From a virus: a stretch of 64,000 bases of DNA. Shown here piece by piece: positions 27,290 through 41,900 of this stretch. How positions within the stretch are numbered: the first letter of the stretch is position 1; each line of letters opens with the position of its first letter. The position numbers were made by a program, and so were the translations under genes. The stretch spans positions 1 to 64,000 of the IMG/VR virus record IMGVR_UViG_3300031519_004372. The stretch is one strand, 5' to 3'. The notes under the pieces were generated by a model that was not told the origin of the DNA, ran no database searches, and saw nothing but the letters and a program-made list of their open reading frames with translations.

Positions 27290-29314
27290 TTAATTGCTCC
27301 TGCCAGTGTAGATAATGTAATTAATAATCAAATGTGGATTCATTAAATCTAGTGACTGCCCAATTGCCGCATCAGATTCAATTCCTCCACTGTTTGGCAA
27401 ATACTGGCCTCCAGAAGCAACTGATGGACCGTCGCCTCTAAATGCGCCAGTGTCTGTTGTCGGAGCACTTAAATCATTAATAGCATAAAACTGTGTAAGG
27501 GCATCGCCCTTCATATCGTGTTTGTGATCTGGTAAATTAGCAACATCAATTAATGTAGTTTCTTGTCCATCCTGCGACCCTATAACATCCGCTGACTCAG
27601 CAGTAATAACATTAGCACTTGATCCGCCCATGTTATCTTTACCAACTGCTGTTCTTCCTCTTAAATCAGGAACTTTAAAATAACCAGTTGCTACTGAAGC
27701 AATAGCACCAAAATTATATCCTACTGCTTCAAATAATAAAGCATAGTCAGAAATTCTATATTCAGATCCATCACAAAGTAACCAAGTTTCCGGAGCAGTG
27801 TTGCCACCGTATGCCATCATTACCCCTGCTGGGTTAGTTGGAACTGCTTTAAATAAATCTGATCTTGTTATTTTTGCAAGACCAGTTGCGCCAGTTACTC
27901 TGTTTAACAAAAATTCATCATCAGCTTGTGACGAAGTTAGTGCCGACTTGCCTCCAATAATAGTATTACTAATAGTAGAAGTAAATGTTTTTGTTGTTCC
28001 GCCAGTTTGTCCATCAAATATAAACGCTGGAGAAGTAACATCTCCAGTTAATTGGAATGTAGTTGCTGTAGTTATTTTATCTGCAGAGCCTGCTCTACCA
28101 GAAACTGTACCACTTACATTACCAACTAAGTTGCCAGTAAATGCTGTAGCATAAATATTTTTCCATTTTATTGCATTAGTACCTAAACTATATGCATTAT
28201 GTACTTTTGGCATTAAGTCTGTTAACGATGAAGTTCCTGCAACATCTAGTGTACCGCCAATCCATACATTTTTTGCAACACCAGTTCCGCCTTTAACTAT
28301 TAAACTACCTGTGCTTATAGTTTCACTTTCTGTGGTAGAATTTATAACTGCTGTACCACTAGCTTTAATATTTCCTGTAACATCTAATGCTTCGTCTGGA
28401 GCAGTGTTGTTGATACCTATTCTTAAATTTGAATCAATTCTTAATACTGTTGTTAGTATACCGCTATTCTTAACACGAACATCAATATTTGATCCTTCAA
28501 TTTGATGCTGTATAACTCCTGCACTACCTTCAACTCCAACATTTAATTCTGCATTTAGACCGTAGTTAATACCTGAATTATTTTGAACATTGATTGGATA
28601 ATTAGTTGTGCTTGTTAAATCACTTCTTAAAAAGTTTGCGGCACCTACTTCTGTACCTGCTACTACTAAACTTTCTGCTTTTTCAGAAGTGCCTCTATAT
28701 TTTAAAAAGCCTGCGCCAGTAATATTAAGACTACTTAAATTAAAACCAGTTGATATTACTGTAAATCCTGGAATTGCTGTTTTTGGAGTGAATGTCGATG
28801 TTGAAATGATTGCCGCTGGTTGTGATAGCACATCAAGTCGAATAACTGTATAAGAAATATTATCAGTTCCAACTATTGTTGATGGTGTAATACCAGTTGA
28901 TAAGCCGTCACTAAATTCAGGGCCAACTAGCACCCATCCTGAGCCTGAAAACAAATATAATTGTTGGTTGTCAGTATCAACCCAAAGATCGCCAAGTTGT
29001 GAAGCTGCTACTTCCGGTGCCGAAACTGCTTTTTTAATGCCAGCAGCTGATATCCAATTTGTTCCGTCATATACTTTAAGTGTTTCTTCTCCTACTGTAT
29101 TATCATACCATAATTGGCCTTCAACACCGTTACTTGGTTGCGTGTTAAATGCAAAATTTTCTAATAAATGTAAAAAGTTAGTAGCAACAGCTGCACCATA
29201 AGCAGTAGTGTTTCTACCAGGTATCTGTAAAGAAGTTTCTGTATTTAATGTAAGATCTTCTACTACAATAGTACCCTTGTTTGCAGCGTCTGTATATGAT
29301 ATTGTATATGCCAT
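27290..29314 (-). CDS. Short tail fibre with tail-collar domain
   Basis: Shared N-terminal module; C-terminal PAGVMMAYGG..WLLCDGS...FKVPDLRGRTAVG and NPHLIINYII, typical of the phage tail collar / T4 gp12-like family. Confidence 0.8.
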   Translation of the reverse strand: MAYTISYTDAANKGTIVVEDLTLNTETSLQIPGRNTTAYGAAVATNFLHLLENFAFNTQPSNGVEGQLWYDNTVGEETLKVYDGTNWISAAGIKKAVSAPEVAASQLGDLWVDTDNQQLYLFSGSGWVLVGPEFSDGLSTGITPSTIVGTDNISYTVIRLDVLSQPAAIISTSTFTPKTAIPGFTVISTGFNLSSLNITGAGFLKYRGTSEKAESLVVAGTEVGAANFLRSDLTSTTNYPINVQNNSGINYGLNAELNVGVEGSAGVIQHQIEGSNIDVRVKNSGILTTVLRIDSNLRIGINNTAPDEALDVTGNIKASGTAVINSTTESETISTGSLIVKGGTGVAKNVWIGGTLDVAGTSSLTDLMPKVHNAYSLGTNAIKWKNIYATAFTGNLVGNVSGTVSGRAGSADKITTATTFQLTGDVTSPAFIFDGQTGGTTKTFTSTISNTIIGGKSALTSSQADDEFLLNRVTGATGLAKITRSDLFKAVPTNPAGVMMAYGGNTAPETWLLCDGSEYRISDYALLFEAVGYNFGAIASVATGYFKVPDLRGRTAVGKDNMGGSSANVITAESADVIGSQDGQETTLIDVANLPDHKHDMKGDALTQFYAINDLSAPTTDTGAFRGDGPSVASGGQYLPNSGGIESDAAIGQSLDLMNPHLIINYIIYTGRSN

Positions 29315-29318
29315 TTAA

Positions 29319-29933
29319 TTACGCCTCATTAAAACCAGTTAAACTTTGTACTCTAACTGTATAATCTATTTGTATAAGTCTATTAAGCGACTTTTGTACA
29401 GGGTGAAAAATAACATGAGTAAGAAGTCGTCCAGTTCCGCTTGCAGAATATGCTTTAAGACCTAATTCGTCAAATACATATAAGTTTGAGCCATCTGTTG
29501 CTGTGTCGTATGCATCTTGGCCGCTTGGTTCACTATAGTCTAATAAACATGATACTAGCACATCAGTATAATTTGTGCCGCTTACATGCCTTGTTTCTAT
29601 TTTATTTCTAACAGGGTCTAAATTATTTACACTTCTATCATCAATAACCTTTGTGTGAGTTTGATTATACAAACTGGCATTGGTGCCTGTTGAGTTCGGA
29701 GTTAAATATGTAATAATTCCGGTTGGGTCAACACTAGTGCCACCGTTACCAAAACTCATTTCATATATCCATCCAGTTCCGCCATTACCAATGCTTTCAG
29801 CAAGGCTTAAACTCATATTTTCATAATGAATTGCATTGCGTTTATCAATGTACGTATGATTTGATTCTGGGTCATGAATCTTAATATGTCCCTGAATTAA
29901 AACTCCGTTCATATCATTAAAATTGTCTGTCAT
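29319..29933 (-). CDS. Baseplate/tail structural protein
   Basis: FGNGG..LYNQT..VFDELGL..LLTHVIFHPVQK pattern resembles tail-fibre-attachment proteins. Start is likely ATG 29933, with TAAATA at 29953-29958. Confidence 0.55.
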   Translation of the reverse strand: MTDNFNDMNGVLIQGHIKIHDPESNHTYIDKRNAIHYENMSLSLAESIGNGGTGWIYEMSFGNGGTSVDPTGIITYLTPNSTGTNASLYNQTHTKVIDDRSVNNLDPVRNKIETRHVSGTNYTDVLVSCLLDYSEPSGQDAYDTATDGSNLYVFDELGLKAYSASGTGRLLTHVIFHPVQKSLNRLIQIDYTVRVQSLTGFNEA

Positions 29934-29955
29934 ATTGTTTTCCCTGTCATTGTAT

Positions 29956-32900
29956 TTATCGCGGTAAGTCAACACTTGTAGCCCTTAAGAATCTACCAAT
30001 GTCTGAATCTGCTTTACTCATTGGAGTTCCTGGTACTGTCCATTGTTTTCCTTGTTTTCTTATAATAATAATGTTATTACCTTCTTTTAATTCAGTTTCT
30101 GGGTCGTTAACTGTTATAGTTAACGTATTTCCGCTAAGACTAAATTCTGCTGGTAAAGTTATATCGCCTTCTGGAGAATCCTGTGCAGTACTACTAGTTA
30201 TTACGCCGGCATTATCTTTACTTTCAAACTTATAAGAAGAAATTGCTGTTTTTCTTAGTCGCCTTCCAGCTACAAAAACTTCAAACTCGTTAACTCCTCC
30301 TGCACCTGGAACAAAATCTAACTCAAAAGCATTACTAGTGCCGTCTGCTGTAAATGTTGTGGTTAAAGTTTCATCTTTATATGGCATAGAAGCTTCAATA
30401 CTTTGATCGTAAATTTCAACTCCTGAACTATGTAAATTAGGGACTCCTGTTCCTAAAGTTCCTCTTTGTAATTGTTTTAATAAATTACCATCTTTAATTC
30501 GATATTCAATTCTTTCGCCATTAACCCATATAACTCCAGGGTACTTAGATGCTACTGCAACTTCTGTTATTCCGTTTGCGTTAGCAATCTCAATAGTTTT
30601 ATCGTGTTGAAGTAAGTCTTTTGCTAAAATATAATTCTTTTCGCCGTCAATTCTCTTATAATGTGTTTTATTGAGCATATCTTTAAATTGGCGCCATCCA
30701 AACTTAGTTATATTTGTAGGATTTCCAAAATGTAATACTTCAATCCTATCACCTTCGTTTAGATTATTAACAAGTTTAATATATGAGTTATCTTTAGTAA
30801 CACTATAGTCAACATCAGCAAGCAATAATGTACCATTTAATATAACCCAAACATACTTTGAATCAACTGCTGTAGTTCTTAGTTTAAATAGTCCTGCTCT
30901 TAAATTGTTTAAAAAGTAATATGCTGTAGATCCTTTAGTAAGAGGAGTATCTTCTCGTACAGTGTAAGATTCTCTTTCAAACTTTTGGGCAATACTATTA
31001 CTAAACTGAAATACTCTTATACGAGTTCCAACTGGACGAGCAACTTCAAACGAACAAATAGTTGGTTGTGGAACAAATACTTGTGATGCTTCGCCTTGGT
31101 TTTCAAAATATCCAAATCTATATTCACTTTGTTTAATTATATAAACTAGTAACTCGTCGCCGGCAACCCCGATAGTTTCAGCTAGTTGCACAGTACTTCC
31201 AATTTGTTCGTCTAACGGAGTATCACTATCAAACGCTTCAGCACTAATAAATGACCACTGTGTTGAATATTCTAGCAAAGTGCCGTTAAGATAAACTTGT
31301 ACTTCTGAATTAGTTAAAGTCCCAATTGGTATTTGCCAAAGATCTAATTTATATTCTCTTTCTGCTGAAACTGTAAATGACTGATTGTAACCAGAATGTA
31401 ATATTTTATCTCCAAGTTGTACAAGTGTATGAATACCTGCAGGACCATATGAAAATGGAGCTTGGCTTAATGTTAATCTATCATTTACACCGTCGGCTAT
31501 AAAGTCATCAACTACAACTTGACTAAACGAATCAAGATCACTACCTTCTCCAATAAATAATGCATATCTAATAACATCACCTGCTGCTAATGGAGATGCT
31601 AATACAAGTTCAACATTGTTTGGATGTAATCCTGTAGTTTTCATAAGTGTAGTATCTAATTTAATACCGTTACTAGTTGCAATTGCTTGTACGTTATCAG
31701 TCCACCTCATGTTTGTTTCAAAACTGTTTGAACTTCCGTCACTAATAAAGCTGTCAATGTCTAATATCTGTAATCCTGCTACTTCAACAAGGGTTATATT
31801 AATTCTTGCGCCGTCTACTGGTGCTATTTCAAAATTAACTGCCTTATTAACATAATCTATAGTATATCCCAAGGTTGAATCATTAGTAGTCGGTTCAAGA
31901 ATATCATTATTAATTTTTACAAATAACGAACTTTCAGTAAATGGTGATTTACCAATATCAAATATTTTTGTTGAACCGTCACCTATGTAATTTCTATTAA
32001 CAATTATACTACTGCCGCCAGTTGGTCTTTCGAATACTGAAATATCAACAGTATCTAAAACTTGTCCTGGAACAATTTCTTCTGGGCCTTTTGAAGTAGT
32101 AGGTGTTACAAAGCCGTCACCATCAATCGTAATATCCTCTGCTTTTAAACCTGTAGCAGTAGTGTAAGCAATGTTGCCGCCTTCAATTGTAGTATCATAG
32201 CTTTCTGGATCATTAATAAAGCTACCATCACTAGTAGTTTTTCTAATAATAATAATATCTGTAGAACTTACGCTCTCGTCAATGCCAAGCCCGTCGCCAT
32301 CAAGGAATATAGTAGTTGTTGTTCCGTTACCTGTAATACTTTGACAGATTGCATTTGGGTTTGTTTGACTACTTGGATAATTAGGATCATCAATTCTTAC
32401 ACCATTTTTATAGATGTTGTAAACTATGCCGTTTTCTAATGCCTTACTTAGTGTAATACTACTAGTAGAACCATCTAACTTAAATACTTCATCTTCATAA
32501 GTTGTATCATATGTATCCCACGAGTCGGTATACCAAGGTAGGGCGTCCCAACCAGTAGTGCCACCAAATTCAAAACTCTTAACTTCAACTCCGCCATAAT
32601 CAATTCCGTCCATTAATTGTGATAAATCTTTACCAAATTTTCCTGACTGTGTATCATAGAATAAATTAATTCTATCTGCAGCAGTTAATAATTCTACTGG
32701 TTTCTTATACGTAATTGATATTAACTGGCCAAATTTTGGAGGAACTGTAAACGTAACCCTTCCTGAATATCTATCATACCCCTTTGTAACATCTTTAATA
32801 TTTGTGTAAGTATATTCACTTTGTAAAGCAAGTTCGCCACCAATATTAATTTCTATTGTATTAGTTCTTAGATCCATTGGAAATATAAGATCAAAAATAA

Positions 32901-35900
32901 ATTTATTTCCAGTACCAGTAAACGTTTCAACTTCAGTAAGTTTAGTTATTACAAATGAACCTGATACTCTATCAAATTTAATTGTTGAATGCATTCCTCT
33001 TACTAATCCATTACCAATATATGCTATTAACTTAGCTTGAGTACCACCTTCGGACATAGAACCATTAATTTCTACTATTGGTGGATTCAAATATCCACTT
33101 CCTGAAGAAACTAATTCTATTGATTCTATTTTACCGCCACGTCCTAATTTTGCAATTGCCTTTGCTCCAGAACCAGTGTCAGTTGAACTTTGATCTTGTC
33201 CTACAAAACTAATAATTGGAGGCTGCGTATATCCGCTTCCTGCATCTGCTATTACAATTGATTTAACTTGGTACGCTATATTATCAAGCCAATTTTTATT
33301 TGGATAAGTGGTTAAGTCTGCATTTGTTCCTACAATAACATTATCTATAACTTTTACGTTCTGAGGGGTTATAGATTTAGTAATATCATTCCATCTCGGA
33401 GGAAGATCAAAATCAGTAACTAAGTTGCCAGAAACATTTAAATAATTATAATCACTTATATATTCGCGTAGTTTAGATTTAAAAGGTTTAACTTCTTTTA
33501 AATATTCTTCGTAACTTGGCAAGTTATCATTTTGGAATGTAATTTTTTTAGATAAATCACCAACGTTATGTTTTGCTTTTATAAAACTAGTTTTAAATGC
33601 CCAATCAACTAACTTTTGTTCCGAAAATACATATTTTAAACTTGATAAGAATAAATTATTATACTCAATTGCTAATTCATCAACAAATAAATTATCTCTT
33701 AATGCTTTAAGAATTATTCTTGATTCTTGTACAGGTTGTGAATCATATACCTTTATATCATAACTTATACTATCAAAGCCTGAACTTATTCCTGCATTAT
33801 ATAAAGTTGGTAAAAACTTAATTGTTCCGTTTTGTCTACCAACTGTTTTATAACTTATTGTATAATCTATTGACGAAGAATTATCAATCTTTTCTAACAA
33901 CAGCCAACCGCCAGTTCCAACATTTGAAATTTTAATTATGTCACCTGTAGTATCATCTAGTGACTCTAGTTGATAAGTTGAATCAATTAAATGATCAATC
34001 TCAGTAAAGATATTATAACCTTCATCATACCAATCTATGTAATTCCAAAACAATGAAGTATCATACGACTGACTTAATTTTCTTGTCCATTCAGTATTTT
34101 TAATATTTCTTTCATATAAGGCCCATTTACCTTGTATAGTAGAATCACTTTTTACAAGAGCAGTAAAGCGTCTAACAAATAACGTAGTATACTGCTCTGA
34201 GTATCCACTTCCTTGATTAGTAACTGTAGCTGATATTACTGAACCTACACTGTTTAGTGTTAACGCTATAGCGGCAGGAGTTTCATTTGATCCATAAATT
34301 TGTACATTAGGAACAACTTTATATCCTCTGCCTGGATCTGTTATTGTAACTCTAACTATTTTACCATCAACAAATACTGGAGTAAGTGTTGCCTGGGATA
34401 CTTTAGCAGATCCAACAAATGATAAATCTTGGTAAGTATCTACGGTAATATCAAAAGAACTAGACGTACTAACTGGTATTTCCTGTTTAGAAAGTAACGG
34501 AGTAATAATTTTATCATCAATAATTAGATTCTTTAATAATACACCATTTACTCTATCAATAACTTGTTTAAAGGCTTCGTTTTTATTTACAAACCAAGAT
34601 TGTCTAGGATTGTTTAAAATTCCATATCTTTCTTTAACTGATAGATTAGGATCAGGAACTGTCCGTCCAGCAGTGTCATATCCAATTAAACTATCAAACC
34701 ATTTTCTTTCAATATCATAATTAGGTTTGCTTGTATCTAATCCAGCTGTAAATAATTGGTATTGGTTATGAATATTAATATTCTGATTTTCTATTTTCCA
34801 ATACTGAGTGCTAAGAGCAACATCAGTATCTTTAAGTAAACTTTCGCAATTATGTAAAACAAAACTAGTTGGAGTTATAAAGTTAACAAACTTATATCCC
34901 ATTCCAGCAGGATTATCAATATAGCGGGCTACATTAAAACTGCTTATAGTTCGATCAGCAACGTCTGGAGTTGTTATTTTACCTTTAACCCAATAAAAAT
35001 ATTTTAACGAGAATGTTTGTGATATTGAATCGTATATTCTCTTAGAAGCATATACTGTATCATCATATTTTGTAAGTCCGGTTATACCTTCAACTACGCC
35101 GTCATCTGTTATTGCAATTTCATTCCATTCTGATGGAAGTAAAGTAGTTTCAATCCACTCGTATACATCTATAGAATTTCCTGTAAATTGAGTATTCCAA
35201 ATACTAGAACTAAAAATTGTATTATTTTGATACGGATTTAAAAATTTACACGTTGATAAATCCCACCATAAACGACCAACTTGATCTCTGTTCCAAACAT
35301 CTGAATTACTAACAGTTACTTCGTCTGTACCAATAGTATAAATTGCTGGATCATAATGTAACTTATAAGAAAGCTCTTGTTCTGCAATTCCAGCAATTTT
35401 TCCTTGTAGTGGATCTATATAATCAAGATATGTTACTAGTTTATTTTCTTTAGTATCATATAAAAATAATTTTTTAATTTTATTAAGATCAACTGTTTTC
35501 TTAGGATTAGAATGGACTTCCCAAATATTTTTAGTATTTGGTTTTTTATAATCAACAACAGCTCCAACGTTTCCAGCTTCAACTGATTGATTAGGTAATC
35601 CTACATATACATGATCATTGTTTGCATATAAATTTGCACCAAAGTTCTTAGGAACTTCAGTAGAACCATCAGTAATATAACTTAACGTTTGGCCATATAC
35701 TAGCGTATCATCAATATTTTCATATACATAAACTACTCCAGTATCTATGAACGTCTTTGCAAACAATGTAAAATTATTATCAAACGTAGTAGCTAAAGCA
35801 TCAAACGTAGCAGGAGAAACTATATCTGCATTTTTTGATGCTATTGCTAGTATATTATTACTAAACGATAACGTATTTCCAAATAACTCTACAGATTCAT

Positions 35901-38900
35901 TAGATCTACTATAAAGTGTTTGTGATAATTCAAAGAATCCAGTAGTTTTACTTTTTACTAAAATAAAAACTCTACCTTGATCATTTGTAACTTTTGTTGG
36001 ATCTTCATCTGTACGCTTTACTTCTGCTTGTGGCTCAGAAATAGCTATCATATTTCCGTCGCTGCTAATATCAATTGATCCGCCCCAATTGGTGTTGTCA
36101 TTCCAAATATCATCTTCATTAACCGGTAAATCTGTTTGGGCAATAGTTTGATGCCTTTGGAAATTTCCGTTATTATTTCTATAAACAACTACTTGTGCCG
36201 GAGTAGTACTATTATTTTCATACTGTGCTAACCCTATTAATACTTCACCGTCTTTAGATACTGCCATTTTGTTAAAATTAAACAAGCTACCTTGATCAAG
36301 AACAGTACTAGGATCAGCACTATCAAATAATGGCAGTATTTCTTTATCATTAGGAATATATCCAATGTAATCTATCGGAGTTGTTTGTTGCGTCCATTCA
36401 GCACCATTAAATATTCCAGGGGAAAGATTTGTATTTGCTTTAAATATACTTCCATTAATATATACAAGGTCATTAGTTTGATAACTTAGAGAATCTGCAA
36501 ATTCTCCTTGGAATTTCTTATCTTTAGATAATTCCCAATTCCATACATTTCCTTCTTCGTCAGTACCGTAATTAACAAAATACACTCTACCCGGTATAAA
36601 AGTACTGTCGTCAAGTGTTGTACCAGATTTTAGAAATTCTCGGTTAGTTTTAAAATTTTGCCCTGCACGAATAAAGAGTTTATATAAATTGTTTAACTTT
36701 GATAGTTTAACATCTGAACCAAAATAAAAGTCATCACCTTGAACACCTGGTCCAATATACGAATTAACATACGAGAATATATTAGATCCTACAGTAGTAT
36801 AAATAGAAAACATTCCTTGATGGAAATGCTGTCCTGGATCAGCTAACTTCACTGCTGGAATATTATATACGTTTATCCAGTCATTATTTGTAACTGATGG
36901 AATATTTGCAGCTACCGGAACGCCTGCAACCGTGTCCGCTTGATAAAACCAATATTCAAAATTGTCAGAAGCACTATTCTCCCAGGTAGTTGGTGTACGA
37001 CCAGTTACTGGTATATTTCTTCCTGCGTCAATTACAAGAAGTTTTCCTATACCTTCTGAATCTAATCCTAAAGATACACCATATATTTCTCCCATTACAC
37101 GATCAACTTGATAAATTGGACTTGGATCTAATGGGTCTCCTAAAAATCTTATTTCAGCATTATTACCAAATATAAAACCTTTAGACCAATTTCCAGTAAC
37201 ATTTTTAACAAATACTACTACGTTTAATGCACTTCTTCGCATATATGTAACTTCGGCTTGTGCTCCTGTTGTTACATCTTCAACAATATCGCCTATTCTA
37301 GGTTCATAAGGTTCACCAAATAAATTAAATTTAGTAAATTTAAATTTTATATATCCGTCCCATAACTCAGTTACAGTTAAAGTTTTAGTAAAATCTGTGT
37401 TTAATAACCCAATTGCTTCAGGATTGTTACCAGTGCCATCATATCTTAATAAAGATGGCATATAACATTTAATTGTATCTGCTGGCGACAATGTATCTGT
37501 AAGAACTTTTGGTGCTCGCATTACAAAAAGACTACTTAGAAACGGATCAGTTGAACCTCCTGCTCCTGGTAGGCCTTGATAACTTAAACTAACGATTTCA
37601 CTAGCTTTAGTATTTTCACTATCTACAGTAGCAGTTTCGTAATCTCTAGAATTATAATAATACTTGTTTGATACTGAACTATCAGTAATTGCATCTTGAT
37701 ATACTAGTCCGTGACCTGCATCCGAAGTAGTTACTGAAGATACTTGATAAGTTACAGGAACTGCTATCATCCAATAACCACCATAGTAACTATCAACATC
37801 AATTGTTTCTGAAGGTGCAGCAGTTGTATATTCTCCAACAAAATCTCCGCCAAATAAGAATAGACTATCAGTTTGAGCAAAAGATCCAGATATGTTGTTA
37901 AGGTAAATTCCAAGACTTCCGTCAACTTCGAATACATATGCAACTGTGCCTGTGCCTGTTTGAGTGCTCACTGTTGAACCAACTGTTGGTTGATTAGTAA
38001 ACGAATTAATCTTAAAAATTAAATCTACTTTTAATTGAATTGTATGTTCACCAGTAAAGAAACTTGAATTTAACGCTGTCATTCCGCTGCCAGCAAATGG
38101 TTCAAGTGCAGTATATGATGTTTGATTTTGATTAGCTATTGTTTTAGTATTCCACTTTAATTTAATACTATCATTAATATCAATACCAGCGTACATAAAT
38201 TTAGGCGCTCTAACTAATACATGGTTAGTTGTTATATTAGTAAACGGATAATTACCAGTTAGTAATATATTTATTTTTTGAGATTGTTCTGTTATATTAC
38301 CAATTGTTTCACTAGTTTGAACTACACTAGTAAAACTTGAAAACTGTACATTATCAGACTCTGGAATAATTGCTGTTGTAGCTTTCCATAATTTGTTGTT
38401 ATAGGAAATAATATCGTCAGCTACATACGCAGTTGTTTCGTTATAAAATTGTTTATAATTTGTTCTTACTCTACTAGCTGAAGGAGATCCAATAATTAAA
38501 AACTTTCCATCATCTGATAACTCTATACTCTCTCCAAATTTTTGTAAATCAGGAGATGTTAAAGAATGGTATGATTCATTAAATATTTCAGTAGACGTAT
38601 GAGCAACAATAACTCTATAAAAATTATTATTATATTTTACTATGTCGTTAATACTATATAGTAATCCTTCATAAAATCCTTTATAAGAGTCTGCAATACC
38701 GGTAGGAGCAAGTATTGTTTGTGTTAATAGATAGTTGCTATTTGACGAGGATCTTTGGTATACATAAACTTTGCCATCGTCTTCGTGTGGCGAACCAACA
38801 ACTAATGTAGTATTAGATGCATTAGTTGATATTGATGATGCAAAATCTAAACCAGTTAAATCTGTATCACTACTAACTTCTTGTAGCTTTGTAAATGCTT

Positions 38901-41900
38901 GTGTATTTTCGTAAACTTTCCAACCGTTACTATCTGCTGAGTCTACCCAAAATTTAGATTTTAAATTTGCTAACTTTTGTGCAACAACGTTTAAGGTAGT
39001 TAATGTGCTTGTTCTAACCGAAACTAGTTTGCTTAATCTACCAACACAGGTTTCAATATCTTCTATTGCTTCAGAAGATATAAATGTAATTTTTTCTAAA
39101 CTTATAGATTTAACTTTAAAAAATGCACCAATATTTGCTTTAGAAGTTTGAGCACTTGCAAATGAACTATCTTCAGTACTTAATGTTGTAGAAAGTAAAT
39201 CATATACGCCAAATATTTCGCCAGGTAAAATATTCTGTGGTGTTGAAGTTAATACTACTGTAAACTCAGTTTCTCCACCAACAACACTTTCAATATTAAA
39301 ATTAGTATCGTCGTGTCTATAAATATTCCAAGTTAATTTATCATTGCCTACCCATATAAGATTTCCTCGGTTACACAAAGAAAAGTCAATATTTAATATT
39401 GCATCATAATCTTTAACAACAAAGTTTACATCTTCTTGGTTAACATATCCGCTGTCTTGAACATATCCCTGCTCAGGAGCAATATATTTTTCAGGAAACG
39501 GAGCATGAGTATATTTTTTTGGTTTTAAATAAGTTTCGTATGGCTGGATTCTATATATTAAATCTGTTTCTTCTCCAGTTACGCTTTTTACTAATTCTAT
39601 TGGTTGGGGTGAAAGTCTAAATTTTGTTTCATCTAGTTTGTATTCAACTTCGTCAAATCCATCAGAAGCGCCATATTGTCCACTTTTAATTGCCCATTCT
39701 TCATAGAATTCTAAACTATCTTTATCAGCATTTCCTAATACATCAAACAACTTTGTTAACGCATTTTGAGTTCCTTTATCTTGGATAAATCCTTGATAGA
39801 ACTTATATTGGCTAACATCGTCATTAATAATATTTTCTAAATATTTTCTTTTCTGATAACCAATTAAGTGTTGTGCCATCCTCTGTTGTTCTGCATCAAA
39901 ATTATCACTGTCTAAATCATAAAAGTCTGCAAACTGGTTAGTTTTATATTCAAAGTTTGGTGTTAGTCCCGGAGTTGGTTTTTCATCTAATCGATTCCAA
40001 AAAGATGGATTAAACGTTTGTGTTCCAGGAACTTTTTGACTTGCAGTGTAATAAAATTCTTTTTGTTTAATAATATCACCAATAAAATAATCCTTGTTTG
40101 ATTCCCAATTAGTTATTTTAGCCTGATCGTAAACAAATCCTTCAATGTTAAGACTGCCGTCCCAGTTTGCTGTTCTGTACCCAAGGACTTTTATTCGTTC
40201 TTGTCTATACCCAGGCTCTAGGTCATATATAGTATCATTAAATACTGTTTTATTATCCAACAATACTACATGTTCTTTTTGTACTAACGGTAATTTTATT
40301 GCATATATACCATCAGCAGTGTTCTTAGGCGTTAATATAAATTCATTCGGGTCTTGTCTATTAAGCTGAACAAAATCTTCTGTTAACTTTTTGCCGTCAA
40401 CTTTAACAAGTGTGTATCCGTAAAATGTATCAAAAATATTATCAACAACACTATAATCAGATTTAAATTTTAATTGCGAAGCACCCGGACTTACACTTAT
40501 TAAAGTACCGCTGGCCCAATTATGTAATGTCCAATATGCAAACTCTTTTGCCGATGTTTGCCAATCGTCTACTACGCCTTCTTCTTCTCTATAGTTATCA
40601 AAAACAAATCCAACAGACTCTAAATATTTTCCGTATCCTTGTAAGAAGTCGGTTACTTCTTCAATAGTTTTTAAAATAGTACCATATGGAAGTTCTAAAG
40701 GAGCATACGTTGCATACTCTTTTCTTAATGTTATTTCTCTGCCGCCTCTAATCGGTAATGACGGTAACCTTGCAAAATTATCTAAATTAAACACATCAGC
40801 AGTATGAGATTTTGTTACTCTATAAAACTGTCCACTGTTTTGAACTACTACTCCTGTTGAATACGTTCTTCCTGCTTCAAACTCTATATAAGGATCCGAG
40901 GCGCCGCCAATAGTAACAACAATATCTTTATCTCTAGGAAGTACTGGAAAATATTTAAATATCGGTGATGTGTTATCATAACCTTTAATTTTATAACCAT
41001 TTGACTTTCTTTCAATCATTACTCCGCTATAAGAAATTGTTTTTACCGGAGAACTTTTATTAAGGAAGATGCTATAATTTTCTTCTGGAACAAATACATT
41101 TCCTTCATTAAGAGGCGTTCTACTATCTAAAATTAATTTAAATTTATTCTTATCAGTATACCCAGCAATTTTAAATCCTATTTGATTTGTAATTGAAGTT
41201 AAGTCTAGTTTATATTTAGAATATCCTAAAACAACGTTAGATGCCATATAACCTGCAACATAATTTATTAACCCAGAAGTATAAACTTGAGTAGAATCTA
41301 AATGGGTATTAGGAAAAATTAAACTCTTTAATTTAATTTGATTATTATCAGCTTTGTATATAATTTGTTTTGTTAAAGTTCTAACTTGATTAACTCTATC
41401 AAATCCAGTAGCTAACACTTTAGACGGTTGATTTAATGTCCAGCTTGTAATTAAAGAAAAAGGATATTCACTACTTCGGCGCCAGGCAGTTTCAACAGGT
41501 GAATAATCACCAAATTTAAATGAATCATTTAACTCACCCGAGTTAAAATTTTGGGCATATCCTGAATCATTTGGACTTAACAAAGTACCATTTTCGTCAA
41601 CTGGAATGTGTGTTAATAATGTTGCCCTTTTATAATTATTTAAAATCTTAATCTTTTCGCCTGGGGCTCTAACAACACCGTTTTGCAAATCCGTCCATAG
41701 AATTAAATTGTCTTTTGTATATGGCGCAGGACCGTACTGTGTGTCCCACCAATTAGGTTTAATCGTAAATCCTATCATTTCCCAGGGGTGTGTATGAGGA
41801 CGATCTGTGTCGTATGCTTGTTGATACACTGCTCTCCAAAATCCCGGAAGTGTATTTCCGTTAGGCGATGACATTGTAGAATAATTAAATGTCCAAGAAT

